Below, piece after piece: positions 29,055 to 38,404 of a DNA stretch of 64,000 bases. Where the stretch lies: contig CAWAIF010000003.1 in NCBI GenBank assembly GCA_963782055.1, positions 2,656,001-2,720,000 on the forward strand, in the 5' to 3' direction. The notes under the pieces were generated by a model. That model ran no database searches and was not told the origin of the DNA. It saw only the letters and a program-made list of their open reading frames with translations. Position numbers and translations under genes: made by a program. The stretch comes from an uncultured delta proteobacterium. GTDB lineage: Bacteria; Myxococcota_A; Polyangia; Polyangiales; Polyangiaceae. Each line of letters begins with the position of its first letter. The stretch's first letter is position 1.

Positions 29055-30160
29055 TCTTCGCCTCCGGCCGCGGGCGCGGGCGCGTCGTTCGCCGAGAGGA
29101 TGAGCGTCGGCGTGTCGAGCTCGGGTGGCGCGCCGGTGGGGATGACGGCGGTGCCCACCACGAAGAGCTCGAGGACCTCGCCCACCTTCAGCGCGGCGTT
29201 GCCGACGTTCCAGGGATTGGTCTGCCAGGAGTGCTGGTGCTCCGACACGGTGACCCCGACGATGCCCTTGGCCCCGAGCGCCTCCGCCTCGTCCTGCAGT
29301 CGCTCGATCGCGAGCTCGCGGGCGTCGTAGAGCGCGTGGGTGTAGTCGGAGAGCTCGCGGCTGTTGGAGTCCTGCACTCGGTTCAGGGTCCGGGCCGGGA
29401 TGTAATAGACGCAGTTGCCCATCACCAGTCCGACGGGGCGGTATCCGGAGCGGATGAGCAGCCAGAAGTCCTGGCCGGAGAGGTCCGACTGGAACGGCTT
29501 GCCCGCGGCGTTGCGGTAGGGCTCGCCGCCTCGGTGGCGCACCGCGGTGCCGATGGCGATGAACTCGGCGCAGCTCGGGCCGAGCGTGTAGCCCGGCTGG
29601 CTGGTCTGCGACCACGGAGGCGGCGGGACCAGCGCCCATCCGGACCGCCGGCACCACGCGTCCCACTGCGTCGTGGCCAGCTCGGCCCAGGCGGAGAACC
29701 AGCCGGCGGGCGGCACCGACGCCGGCCGGATGAAGCCCGCCTCCTTCGACCAGCGCGACCAGACGCGATACTGCTCCCACTGGATCCGCCGCGGGTCCAT
29801 CGAGAGCTTCATGGTGAGCCGCATGCCGATGACGCCGTCGGCGCCGAGGGCGTCGGCCTCCTCCTCCATGCGGTTCATCGCGAGCTCGCGCGCGTCGTAG
29901 AGGGCCTTGGTGGTGTTGACGAGCTCGCAGCCGGGCTCGTGGGCGTCGACGCCGGGCAACGCGCGGCCCACCTGGAAGATGGAGGAGCCCATCACCAGCC
30001 CGACCGGATCGAAGCCCGCCTCGCGAACCAGGACGAACTCGTTGACCGACAGATCGCTCGTGAAGAGCTTGCGCGCGCGCATGCTCGCGATCCGCTCGCG
30101 CGCGTGGACGGGGAGATCCTGCGCGATCGGCGGCGGCGGAGCGTCGTTCACGGGTGCCAC
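29051..30160 (-). CDS. Tandem YbjQ/UPF0145-domain protein with a Trp-rich insert
   Basis: FTSDLSVNEF, ARELAM.RM.EEA.ALGADGVIG, EFIAIGTAV, FQSDLSGQDFW and MGNCVY. Confidence 0.8.
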   Translation of the reverse strand: MAPVNDAPPPPIAQDLPVHARERIASMRARKLFTSDLSVNEFVLVREAGFDPVGLVMGSSIFQVGRALPGVDAHEPGCELVNTTKALYDARELAMNRMEEEADALGADGVIGMRLTMKLSMDPRRIQWEQYRVWSRWSKEAGFIRPASVPPAGWFSAWAELATTQWDAWCRRSGWALVPPPPWSQTSQPGYTLGPSCAEFIAIGTAVRHRGGEPYRNAAGKPFQSDLSGQDFWLLIRSGYRPVGLVMGNCVYYIPARTLNRVQDSNSRELSDYTHALYDARELAIERLQDEAEALGAKGIVGVTVSEHQHSWQTNPWNVGNAALKVGEVLELFVVGTAVIPTGAPPELDTPTLILSANDAPAPAAGGEE

Positions 30161-30161
30161 C

Positions 30162-30977
30162 TCAATCGCCCACGGTGAGCATGAGGTCCGGCTTGGCGAT
30201 GTGGTGATCCTCGCGAATGGGCACCACCGCGGTGCCCACCGCGCTGAACTCGATCACGCCCGGGCCCCAGGAGTGGTTGTTCTCGTCGACCACCACGCCG
30301 ACGATCCCGGCGGCGTCGAGCGCCTCGCCCTCGACCTGCATGCGCTCCATGGCGAGCTCCCGGGCGTCGTAGAGCGCCTGGGTCGGGCCGGTCAGCTCCT
30401 TGTTGTCGTCGGAGCTCCCCGACTGCGACTGGCCCACGTTGTAGACGCAGTTGCCCATGACGAGGCCGAGGGGGCGATAGCCCGCGTTGAGCAAGGTCCA
30501 GAAATCCTGGCCGGAGAGATCACTCGTGAAGGGGCGGTTTTCTGCACCACGAAAGCCGCCGTCCAGGCTCTTGACCGCCGTGCCGATCGCGAGAAACTCG
30601 ATGACGTTGTTGCTCCACGTGTGGAGGTTGAAGTCCAGCCGGACCGCCACCACACCGTCGGCGCCGAGGGCGTCGGCTTCCTCCTCCAGGCGGGTCATCG
30701 CCAGCTCCCGCGCGCTGTACATGGCCTGCGTGAGGGTGGCGAGCTCCTCGTTGACCGTGGTGCGGATCGCCTGCGCCCCGATCTGGTAGATGCTGCTGCC
30801 CATCACCAGGCCGAGCGGCTGGAAGCGCGCCTCCTTGACCAGGAGAAACTCGTTGACCGAGAGATCACTGGTGAAGAAGTGACGCTTGCGCATGCCCGCG
30901 AGCCGGTCGCGCGCGTGCTCGGGAAGATCGTCGAGCTTGAGCCGCTGGTGGGCCTGAGGTTCGTTCGCGTTCGCCAT
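30162..30977 (-). CDS. Tandem YbjQ/UPF0145-domain protein
   Basis: FTSDLSVNEF, ARELAMTRLEEEADALGADGVVAV, EFLAIGTAV, FTSDLSGQDFW and EFSAVGTAV. Confidence 0.85.
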   Translation of the reverse strand: MANANEPQAHQRLKLDDLPEHARDRLAGMRKRHFFTSDLSVNEFLLVKEARFQPLGLVMGSSIYQIGAQAIRTTVNEELATLTQAMYSARELAMTRLEEEADALGADGVVAVRLDFNLHTWSNNVIEFLAIGTAVKSLDGGFRGAENRPFTSDLSGQDFWTLLNAGYRPLGLVMGNCVYNVGQSQSGSSDDNKELTGPTQALYDARELAMERMQVEGEALDAAGIVGVVVDENNHSWGPGVIEFSAVGTAVVPIREDHHIAKPDLMLTVGD

Positions 30978-31090
30978 GGTCCCTCGATCTTGGTGACTGT
31001 GACGGAGAGCATAGGGGAAATTCCTGTGCCCTCTGCCGGGGAAAGTTGCCACGGACGCGAGCCGCGGGGATTGACGTATCCTGGTGGGCC

Positions 31091-31369
31091 ATGGGGCTCT
31101 CGGTGGTCGGGCTGGGCGGGGAGAAGTATCGGGTGACGGTGGAGGAGCGCGGGTCGTCCACGGTGCACGAGGTGACCGTCACGCCCGCCGACGTGGCGCG
31201 TTACGCGCCGGGCGCGACGGCGGAGTCGTTGCTCGAGCGCTCCTTCGAGTTCTTGCTGGAGCGCGAGCCGAAGGAGTCCATCCTGCGGCGCTTCGCGCTG
31301 CCGGTGATCGCGCAGTACTTCCCGGAGTACCCGGGGGAGATCTGCGAGCGGGTGGCCGCGCCGCGGTAG
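31091..31369 (+). CDS. Small conserved-looking hypothetical protein
   Basis: YRVTV...HEVTV...LLERSFEFLLEREPKESILRRF.LPVI.QYFPEY. TATCCT lies 8 nt upstream. Confidence 0.7.
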   Translation: MGLSVVGLGGEKYRVTVEERGSSTVHEVTVTPADVARYAPGATAESLLERSFEFLLEREPKESILRRFALPVIAQYFPEYPGEICERVAAPR

Positions 31370-31424
31370 GCACTTGGGAGGAGCGCCGCGCCCCCGACGC
31401 GGCGGGCGCAGGAGACGGCTGCGC

Positions 31425-32876
31425 TCAGAGCGGCTCCTGCTCGAGCGTCCTGGCGATGGCGTCGAGGGTGGGCACCGAGGCGGCGCGGGCCGCGAGCGAC
31501 TGCACCTTCTCGGTGAGCGCGGCGACCTGACGCGCGACCGACCTCGGCCCCGTGCCGCCCTCGCTCTCCTTGGCGGCGATGGCGCGGGCAGGATCGAGGA
31601 CGCCGAGCGCGGCGGCGTCGAGCGTGGGGTGGACCTGCTTCGCCACGTCCGCGCCCAGCGCGGCGAGATCGACGCCCGCCTCGCCCGCGCGTCGCACCAG
31701 CTCGCCCACCGCCTTGTACGCCTCGCGGAAGGCGACACCGCGTCGCACCAGCTCCTCGGCGAGGTCCGTCGCCTGCGTGAAGCCGGGCGCGAGGGCCGCG
31801 CGGCCGCGCTCGCCATCGAAGGTCACGTGGGGGAGGGCGAGGGTGACGGCGCCCACGGCACCGCGCGCGCGCGTCGCCGCGGCGAGGAGCGGGCCGCGGT
31901 CCTCCTGCTGATCGCGGTTGTAGCCGCTCGCCAGGCCCTTCACGAGGGCGAGCATCGCCGCGACGTCGCCCACCGCCACGCCGGCCTTGCCGCGCACCAG
32001 CTCGAAGATGTCCGGGTTCTTCTTCTGGGGCATCATGCTGGAGCCGGCGGAGACGGCGCCGTCCAGGCGGACCAGGCAAAACTCGCTCGTGGAGAAATCG
32101 ACGACATCGGCGGCGAGCTTGCCGCACGCGCCGAGCACGCGGGCACAGGCCCACACGTGGTCGAGGGCGAAGTCGCGATCGCCGACGGTGTCCAGGGCGT
32201 TGGTGGTGACGGAGGCGAAGCCGAGCAGACGGGCGACGAGGCGCCGGTCGATGGGCAGGGAGGACCCGGAGCACGCGCCGCTGCCGAGGGGACAGACGTC
32301 CGCGGAGTCGAGCGCGAAGGCGACGGCGTCGCCGGCGCGGAGGAGCCCCGTCGTCCAGGCGCAGAGCAGGAACGCCGCGCTCACCGGCTGCGCGCGCTGG
32401 CGGTGCGTGTACGCGGGCAGCAGCGTGCCGGTCGCGCCGGCGGCGCGCGTGAGGAGCTGGCGCGCGAGGGTGAGCACGTCCTCCAGCAGCCGCGCCGCAC
32501 GGTCGCGCGCGAAGAGTCGCAGGTCGAGCGCCACCTGATCGTTGCGCGAGCGCGCGGCGTGGAGGCGCTGCGCGACGGGACCGAGGCGCTGCCCGAGCGC
32601 GGCCTCCACGGCCATGTGCACGTCCTCCTCGTGGGGCAGGGCGAGGTCCTCCCCGCGCGCGGCGGTGGCGGACATGGCGAGCAGCTCCTTGCGGAGGGTG
32701 CGTGCGTCGTCGAGCGAGAGGACGCCGACCTTGCCCAGCATGGTCGCGTGCGCGGCGCTGCCGAGCAGGTCCTCGCGGGCGAAGGCGAGATCGTCGGCGA
32801 AGGAGCTCGACCAGCGGACGAGCTCGGGGAGCATGCCGTCGGCGCCGGTGGCCCCGGTGCGGGCGATGGAGGACAT
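31425..32876 (-). CDS. argH: Argininosuccinate lyase
   Basis: EDVHMAVE, HAARSRNDQV, YTHRQRAQP, GSSMMPQKKNPD and YNRDQQED. Confidence 0.95.
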   Translation of the reverse strand: MSSIARTGATGADGMLPELVRWSSSFADDLAFAREDLLGSAAHATMLGKVGVLSLDDARTLRKELLAMSATAARGEDLALPHEEDVHMAVEAALGQRLGPVAQRLHAARSRNDQVALDLRLFARDRAARLLEDVLTLARQLLTRAAGATGTLLPAYTHRQRAQPVSAAFLLCAWTTGLLRAGDAVAFALDSADVCPLGSGACSGSSLPIDRRLVARLLGFASVTTNALDTVGDRDFALDHVWACARVLGACGKLAADVVDFSTSEFCLVRLDGAVSAGSSMMPQKKNPDIFELVRGKAGVAVGDVAAMLALVKGLASGYNRDQQEDRGPLLAAATRARGAVGAVTLALPHVTFDGERGRAALAPGFTQATDLAEELVRRGVAFREAYKAVGELVRRAGEAGVDLAALGADVAKQVHPTLDAAALGVLDPARAIAAKESEGGTGPRSVARQVAALTEKVQSLAARAASVPTLDAIARTLEQEPL

Positions 32877-32924
32877 GGGGCGATTTCTAGCATGTCCCGA
32901 CGACCTCGCGTCGGGGCTGGCGCG

Positions 32925-33815
32925 TCAGGGGCCGCAGGTCGTCTTGCGCCTCGCCTCGAAGCCGGCGAGCAGCCGCGCCGTGGTCGCGTCCGCGCCGGAC
33001 GCCAGCTCGCGCTCGGCCTCGCCCGCCGCGGTGCAGAGGAGGTCGTCTCCGCGCTGCAGGAACGTGTCGTACAGGGCGACGAGATCCTGCGCCTTCGCGG
33101 CGGCGACGTACGCGTCGCCGAGCGCCACGACCATGGATTGGGTGTTGGCCGCGTCGGTGGCCAAGAAGAAGTTCCACGCCTTCTTCGGATCGCCGACCCT
33201 GGAGTACGCGAGCACCAGCTCGCCGCGCGCGGCCCCGGCCACGCGCGAGGCGGCAGCCTGCGCCGGCTCGGTGACCGCGGTCGCCGCCTTGCGCTGCGCG
33301 CCGAGCGCCTTCGGATCGTCGCCCTGCCGCGCGGCGACCAGACCCAGCTCGTACCAGGCGAAGGCGTGCGCCATGTTCGCGGTGGGCGGGAAGGTGACGG
33401 CCTCGCGATAGGCCTTCTCCGCCAGCGCCAGCATGCTCCGGTCCTTGGTGGAGGCGTCCAGGAACATGTCGCCGAAGGCCACGTAAGCGCACGGCACGAA
33501 GCGCGACGCCGGATGATCCTTCACCAGCTCGAAGTACGCCTTGCGCGCGCCGGCCAGGTCTCCCAACGACTGGAGCGCGTGGCCCCGGCGGAGCAGGACG
33601 GCGTCGGGGCCGTCGGACTCGGCGGCCGCGCTCAGGATGGCTTCCCACGCGGCGGCGCGCGGGGAGACGCTCCTCGGTGCGGCTCTCGACCCCTCGCGCA
33701 CGGCCTGCGGGGACGTCGCGGAGGGCAGGACGACGACGGTCGGCGTGGTGGTGGTCGTCGCGGTGGCGGACCCGCATGCGCAGCCGAGGGGCAGGAGGAA
33801 AATCCAGGGTCTCAT
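32925..33815 (-). CDS. TPR-repeat putative lipoprotein
   Basis: MRPWIFLLPLGCAC, a Thr-rich linker and TPR-like helices (ARKAYFELVKDHPASRF..AYVAFGD; AWYELG). Confidence 0.7.
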   Translation of the reverse strand: MRPWIFLLPLGCACGSATATTTTTPTVVVLPSATSPQAVREGSRAAPRSVSPRAAAWEAILSAAAESDGPDAVLLRRGHALQSLGDLAGARKAYFELVKDHPASRFVPCAYVAFGDMFLDASTKDRSMLALAEKAYREAVTFPPTANMAHAFAWYELGLVAARQGDDPKALGAQRKAATAVTEPAQAAASRVAGAARGELVLAYSRVGDPKKAWNFFLATDAANTQSMVVALGDAYVAAAKAQDLVALYDTFLQRGDDLLCTAAGEAERELASGADATTARLLAGFEARRKTTCGP

Positions 33816-34042
33816 GGTGGTTCGGTCAGCGCGTCACGCCCCAGGTTCCCGCGGACCGCCCGACGGGCGGGAAGGACCGCCCGGTCAGGGCGTAGGCTCG
33901 GGTGTACTGGACCGTGCGGCGCGGCGTCGCGTACTGGAGCACCCCGCACGGCGTGGAGTCGGTGAGGCTCGCACCGGAGGCGCGCTGATCGGGGGTGCCA
34001 TGCTCGACGACGGACCAGCGTGATTGGCGTACGCTCGCTCGC

Positions 34043-34453
34043 ATGCCGAAGGGAAGCTGCGTGTGCGGGGCGGTCGCCTTCGAGGTGAAGCCGCCCTACC
34101 GGTTCTTCCAGTACTGTCACTGCAGCCGGTGCCGGAAGCGCTCGGGATCCATCCACGCCGCGAACCTCGCCGTGCCGGCGGAGCAGCTCGTCTTCTTGCG
34201 CGGCGAGGAGCACGCTCGCCGCTTCGAGGCGCCCGACGCGAAGAACTGGTCCAACAGCTTCTGCGACGTGTGCGGGTCCGGGCTGCCGTGGAGGACGCGG
34301 AACGGCAAGGCGTACCTCGTCCCGGCCGGGACGCTGGACGACGATCCTGTGGAGCGCCCGACGCGCAACGTCTGGGTCGGCTCGCGCGCCGTCTGGGAGA
34401 CGCCGGCCTCCAGCCTCCCGGACTTCGAGGCGGACCCGCCCCGCCCGGCGTGA
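34043..34453 (+). CDS. GFA/CENP-V family protein
   Basis: GSCVCGAV, CHCSRCRK and FCDVCGS. Confidence 0.9.
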   Translation: MPKGSCVCGAVAFEVKPPYRFFQYCHCSRCRKRSGSIHAANLAVPAEQLVFLRGEEHARRFEAPDAKNWSNSFCDVCGSGLPWRTRNGKAYLVPAGTLDDDPVERPTRNVWVGSRAVWETPASSLPDFEADPPRPA

Positions 34454-34554
34454 GGTGACGACTTCGGCGAGGTGACGGACCGTTGCCGACGAGGAGCCGC
34501 GGAGCTGCTCGCGTGCGCCGCACCCCTGGGCTACCTTCGCCCGCGGAGGATCCC

Positions 34555-37500
34555 ATGAAGGATGTGCGCGCGATCGTCGGCTTCGTCGTGCTTGGCGTGG
34601 TGCTGGTGATCTTCGCGATCCTCTCGCCGAAGATCGTCCCGCCGCAGAGCCCGGTGAGCTCGCTCCCCACGGTGCCCGCCGGGACGGCCGCGCCGCCGAG
34701 CGCACCGCCGCCGGGGCAGCCGCTGCACGGGCCGCTCCTGCTGCGCGAGCCGTCGCTGTCCAGGACGGACATCGCCTTCGCGTTCGGTGGAGAGATCTGG
34801 ACGGTGCCGCGCGCGGGCGGGACGGCGCGCCGGATCGTCTCGGGGCAGCTTCGCAACGGGCGCCCCATCTTCTCGCCGGACGGATCGCAGATCGCCTTCA
34901 CCGGGACCTTCGACGGCAACACCGACGTGTACGTGGTCTCGACGACCGGCGGGGAGCTCACGCGGCTCACCTACAACCCGGCGTCCGACGTCGCCGTGGG
35001 CTTCACGCCGGACGGCAAGAAGGTGCTCTTTTACTCGATGCGGGCGACGCCCCGCGATCTTCCGAAGCTCTTCACCATCCCGCTCGGCGGCGGGCTCGCC
35101 GAGCAGCTCCCGCTGCCCTCCGGCGTGTCGGCGACGTTCTCCCCCGACGGCACGCACCTCGCGTACGTGCCATTCCCGCAGTGGGAGCCGGGCTGGAAGA
35201 AGTACCGCGGCGGGCAGGCGACGCCCATCTGGATCGCCGACCTGGCGGACTCGCACGTGGTGAAGGTGCCGCGCGCCGGGGAGAACCAGCGCTGGCCGAT
35301 GTGGCAGGGAGACGCGGTGTACTTCGTCTCCGACAAGGACGGGCCGTACTCGCTCTACGCGACGGACGCCAAGGGCGCGCCCGCGCGGCTGCTGTACCGC
35401 GACCCGAACGGCTGGGACGTGCGCAGCGCGGCGGTCGGGCCGGGCGCCATCGTCTTCGAGACGCTCGGCGCGCTGCATTTGTACGACCTCGCGACGAACA
35501 AGGAGCACGAGGTGAAGGTGGCGATCGCCGACGAGCTGCCGCAGGTGCGGCCGCACTTCGAGACGGTGAACCACTCGGCGGTGCTGCACGCGGCGATCTC
35601 CCCGACGGGCAAGCGAGTGCTCTTCGAGGCTCACGGCGAGATCCTGGCGGTTCCGAAGAAGAAGGGGGACACGCGCAACCTGACGCGCAGCCCCGGCGTC
35701 GCCGACCGTGATCCGTCGTGGTCGCCGGACGGCAAGTGGGTGGCGTGGCTGTCGGATGCCTCCGGCGAGTACGCGCTGTACTTTCGGTCGCCCGACGGGC
35801 TGGGGGAGACGCACGTGGTGGACCTGGGCTCGCCGCCGTCGTTCTTCTACGGGCCGCGCTGGTCGCCGGACAGCAAGAAGATCGCGCTGACGGACAAGCG
35901 GCTGAACCTGTGGCTCGTGGACCTGGCGCACCCCACGCTGCAGAAGGTGGACACGCTGCGCTACGAGGGCGCGGACTTCGACGAGGCGTGGTCGCCGGAC
36001 TCGCGGTGGCTGACGTACGTGAAGGAGCTGCAGAATCACTACCACGCGGTCTTCGTGTACTCGCTGGAGGACAAGAAGGTGACGCAGGTGACGGACGGTC
36101 GCAGTGACGCGTCGTCGCCGGAGTTCGATCGCGACGGCAAGCTGCTCTACTTCATCGCGAGCACCGACGTGGGCCTCGCGGAGAACGGGAGCGAGATGAC
36201 GTCGATGGGTCGCCCGGTGACGAGCAGCGTCTACGCGGCCGTGCTGCAGAAGGACGAGCCGTCGCCGGTCGCGCCGGAGAGCGACGAGGAGGGGGACGCC
36301 GGCGCGCCGGGGAAGGGGAAGGAGGGCGCGGAGAAGAAGAAGAAGGGGAAGGAGCCCTCCGAGGTGAAGATCGACTTCGAGGGGCTGGACCAGCGCATCG
36401 TGGCGCTCCCGATCGAGCGCGCCAACTACGTGGACCTGCAGGCGGCGGACGAGGGTGCTCTGTTCGTGGCGTCGGCGCCGACGGCGCTCGCGGACGAGGA
36501 CTACGTGGAGGACCGGGGGGACCACGGGCCGCCGCTCCACGTCGAGCGCTACGACGCGAAGAAGCGCAAGGCGGAGACGTTCCTGGACAAGGTGGATGGC
36601 CCGGGGGAGACGCTCTCAACGTTCCAGGTCTCGGCGGACGGGAAGCACGTCCTCTACGAGCACGGCGGCCACTGGTTCGTCGCCGGAGCGGACAAGGCGC
36701 CGAAGGGGAAGGACGGCGCCATCGCGCTGGGGGGCGTGAAGGTGTGGGTCGACCCGCGCGCCGAGTGGAAGCAGATGTACCACGAGATCTGGCGCATCGA
36801 GCGTGACTTCCTCTACGACCCGCACGCGCACGGGCTCGACCTGGACAAGGCGGAGAAGACGTACGCGCCGTTCTTGGACGGCATCGCGAGCCGCGGGGAC
36901 CTCAACGCCCTCTTCGAGGAGATGCTCTCCAACCTGGTGCTGGGGCACGTCTGGGCGCGCGGCGGCGAGTACCCGCGGGAGGATCACGTGAGCGTCGGCC
37001 TGCTCGGGGCGGACTATCGCGTCGTCGACGGCCGCTACCAGTTCGCCCGCATCCTGCGCGGGGAGAACTGGAACCCCAGGCTCCACGCGCCGCTCACGCA
37101 GCCGGGGATCGACGTGCAGGAGGGCGACTTCCTGCTCGCCGTGAACGGCCAGGACCTGCGGGGGGACGACGACGTCGACCGCCTCTTCCAGGGGCGCGCC
37201 GGCAAGCAGACGGTCATCTCGGTGGGGCCGACGGCCGACGGCCGCGGGGCCCACGACGTCACGGTCGTGCCCGTGGCGTCGGAGGGCGCGCTTCGCCTGC
37301 GCACCTGGATGGAGGACAACCACAAGAAGGTGGACGAGCTCTCCGGCGGGCGCGTCGGGTACGTCTACATCCCCGACACCCACGGCGCCGGGCTGTCCAA
37401 CTTCAACCGCTACTACTTCTCCGAGGTGGGCAAGGACGCCGTGGTGCTCGACGAGCGCTTCAATCACGGCGGCTACATCGCCGACTACATCGTCAACGTG

Positions 37501-37974
37501 CTCGGCTGGAAGGCGCAGATGGGCGCGGCGACGCGCGAGGGCGAGGACGTGGAGCTGCCGGAGCTCGCCATCTTCGGCCCGAAGGTGATGATCGCCAACC
37601 AGATGTCCGGCTCGGGCGGCGACGCCCTCCCGTGGCTCTTCAAGAAGGCGAAGCTCGGGCCGCTCGTCGGCGTGCGCACGTGGGGTGGGCTGGTCGGTAT
37701 CGGGGGCTACCCGCAGCTCATCGACGGCGGCCGGGTGACCGCACCGCGCTGGGCGCTCTACGGGACGCAGGGCGCGTGGGAGGTCGAAAATCACGGCATC
37801 GCGCCGGACGTCGAGGTGGAGCAGGACCCCGCGCTCGTGCGACAGGGCCACGACCCCCAGCTCGAGCGGGCCGTGCAGATCGCGCTGGACGAGCTGAAGA
37901 AGAACCCGCCGAAGAAGCTGGTCCGGCCGCCCTATCCCAACTACGGCGACCGACTCCCGCACGGACCGCCCTGA
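34555..37974 (+). CDS. Tricorn-like S41 protease with PD40 propellers and PDZ, N-terminal membrane anchor/signal
   Basis: Repeated (W/F)SPDG, W.QMY.E.WR..RDF.YD, DERFNHGG, SGSGGD, G.RTWGG and ENHGIAPD. RBS GGAGG. Confidence 0.92.
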   Translation: MKDVRAIVGFVVLGVVLVIFAILSPKIVPPQSPVSSLPTVPAGTAAPPSAPPPGQPLHGPLLLREPSLSRTDIAFAFGGEIWTVPRAGGTARRIVSGQLRNGRPIFSPDGSQIAFTGTFDGNTDVYVVSTTGGELTRLTYNPASDVAVGFTPDGKKVLFYSMRATPRDLPKLFTIPLGGGLAEQLPLPSGVSATFSPDGTHLAYVPFPQWEPGWKKYRGGQATPIWIADLADSHVVKVPRAGENQRWPMWQGDAVYFVSDKDGPYSLYATDAKGAPARLLYRDPNGWDVRSAAVGPGAIVFETLGALHLYDLATNKEHEVKVAIADELPQVRPHFETVNHSAVLHAAISPTGKRVLFEAHGEILAVPKKKGDTRNLTRSPGVADRDPSWSPDGKWVAWLSDASGEYALYFRSPDGLGETHVVDLGSPPSFFYGPRWSPDSKKIALTDKRLNLWLVDLAHPTLQKVDTLRYEGADFDEAWSPDSRWLTYVKELQNHYHAVFVYSLEDKKVTQVTDGRSDASSPEFDRDGKLLYFIASTDVGLAENGSEMTSMGRPVTSSVYAAVLQKDEPSPVAPESDEEGDAGAPGKGKEGAEKKKKGKEPSEVKIDFEGLDQRIVALPIERANYVDLQAADEGALFVASAPTALADEDYVEDRGDHGPPLHVERYDAKKRKAETFLDKVDGPGETLSTFQVSADGKHVLYEHGGHWFVAGADKAPKGKDGAIALGGVKVWVDPRAEWKQMYHEIWRIERDFLYDPHAHGLDLDKAEKTYAPFLDGIASRGDLNALFEEMLSNLVLGHVWARGGEYPREDHVSVGLLGADYRVVDGRYQFARILRGENWNPRLHAPLTQPGIDVQEGDFLLAVNGQDLRGDDDVDRLFQGRAGKQTVISVGPTADGRGAHDVTVVPVASEGALRLRTWMEDNHKKVDELSGGRVGYVYIPDTHGAGLSNFNRYYFSEVGKDAVVLDERFNHGGYIADYIVNVLGWKAQMGAATREGEDVELPELAIFGPKVMIANQMSGSGGDALPWLFKKAKLGPLVGVRTWGGLVGIGGYPQLIDGGRVTAPRWALYGTQGAWEVENHGIAPDVEVEQDPALVRQGHDPQLERAVQIALDELKKNPPKKLVRPPYPNYGDRLPHGPP

Positions 37975-37992
37975 CGGGCGCCCGACGGGACC

Positions 37993-38319
37993 TCAGCGGG
38001 CCAGGAGCTCGAGCAGCTTCTCTCGCGTGGTGGCGCCCAGGTGCAAGGCGGTCTTCTCGCCGTTCCGGAAGACCATCACCGTCGGCACCGCCTTGACGCC
38101 GTAGCGCCGGGCGGTGAGCGGCGAGGCGTCGGTGTCGACGGTGACGACCTTCACGCGCCCCGCGCTCTCGCTCGCCAGCCGCTTCACGATCGGTTCCAGG
38201 GCGCGGCACGGCGGACACCACCGCGCGCCGAAGTCCACCAGCACCGGGACGTCCGCCGCGAGCACCTCTGCCTCGAAGCTGCCGTCATCCACCTCGATCA
38301 CCTTCGCGCTCGCCGTCAT
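37993..38319 (-). CDS. Thioredoxin
   Basis: VLVDFGARWCPPCR and YGVKAVPT. Confidence 0.9.
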   Translation of the reverse strand: MTASAKVIEVDDGSFEAEVLAADVPVLVDFGARWCPPCRALEPIVKRLASESAGRVKVVTVDTDASPLTARRYGVKAVPTVMVFRNGEKTALHLGATTREKLLELLAR

Positions 38320-38404
38320 GTTCGGCCTCCTGAACCATGAAGGTCCTGGGGACGCTGCTTCTTACGCGTGTAAGATCCGGCCATCGTGGCACCTATCCCG
38401 AGAG

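Noticed and set aside
31370..31424. GC hairpin between convergent genes as a terminator
   Set aside because: The stem is imperfect with no U-tract, and such stems arise by chance at this GC content.
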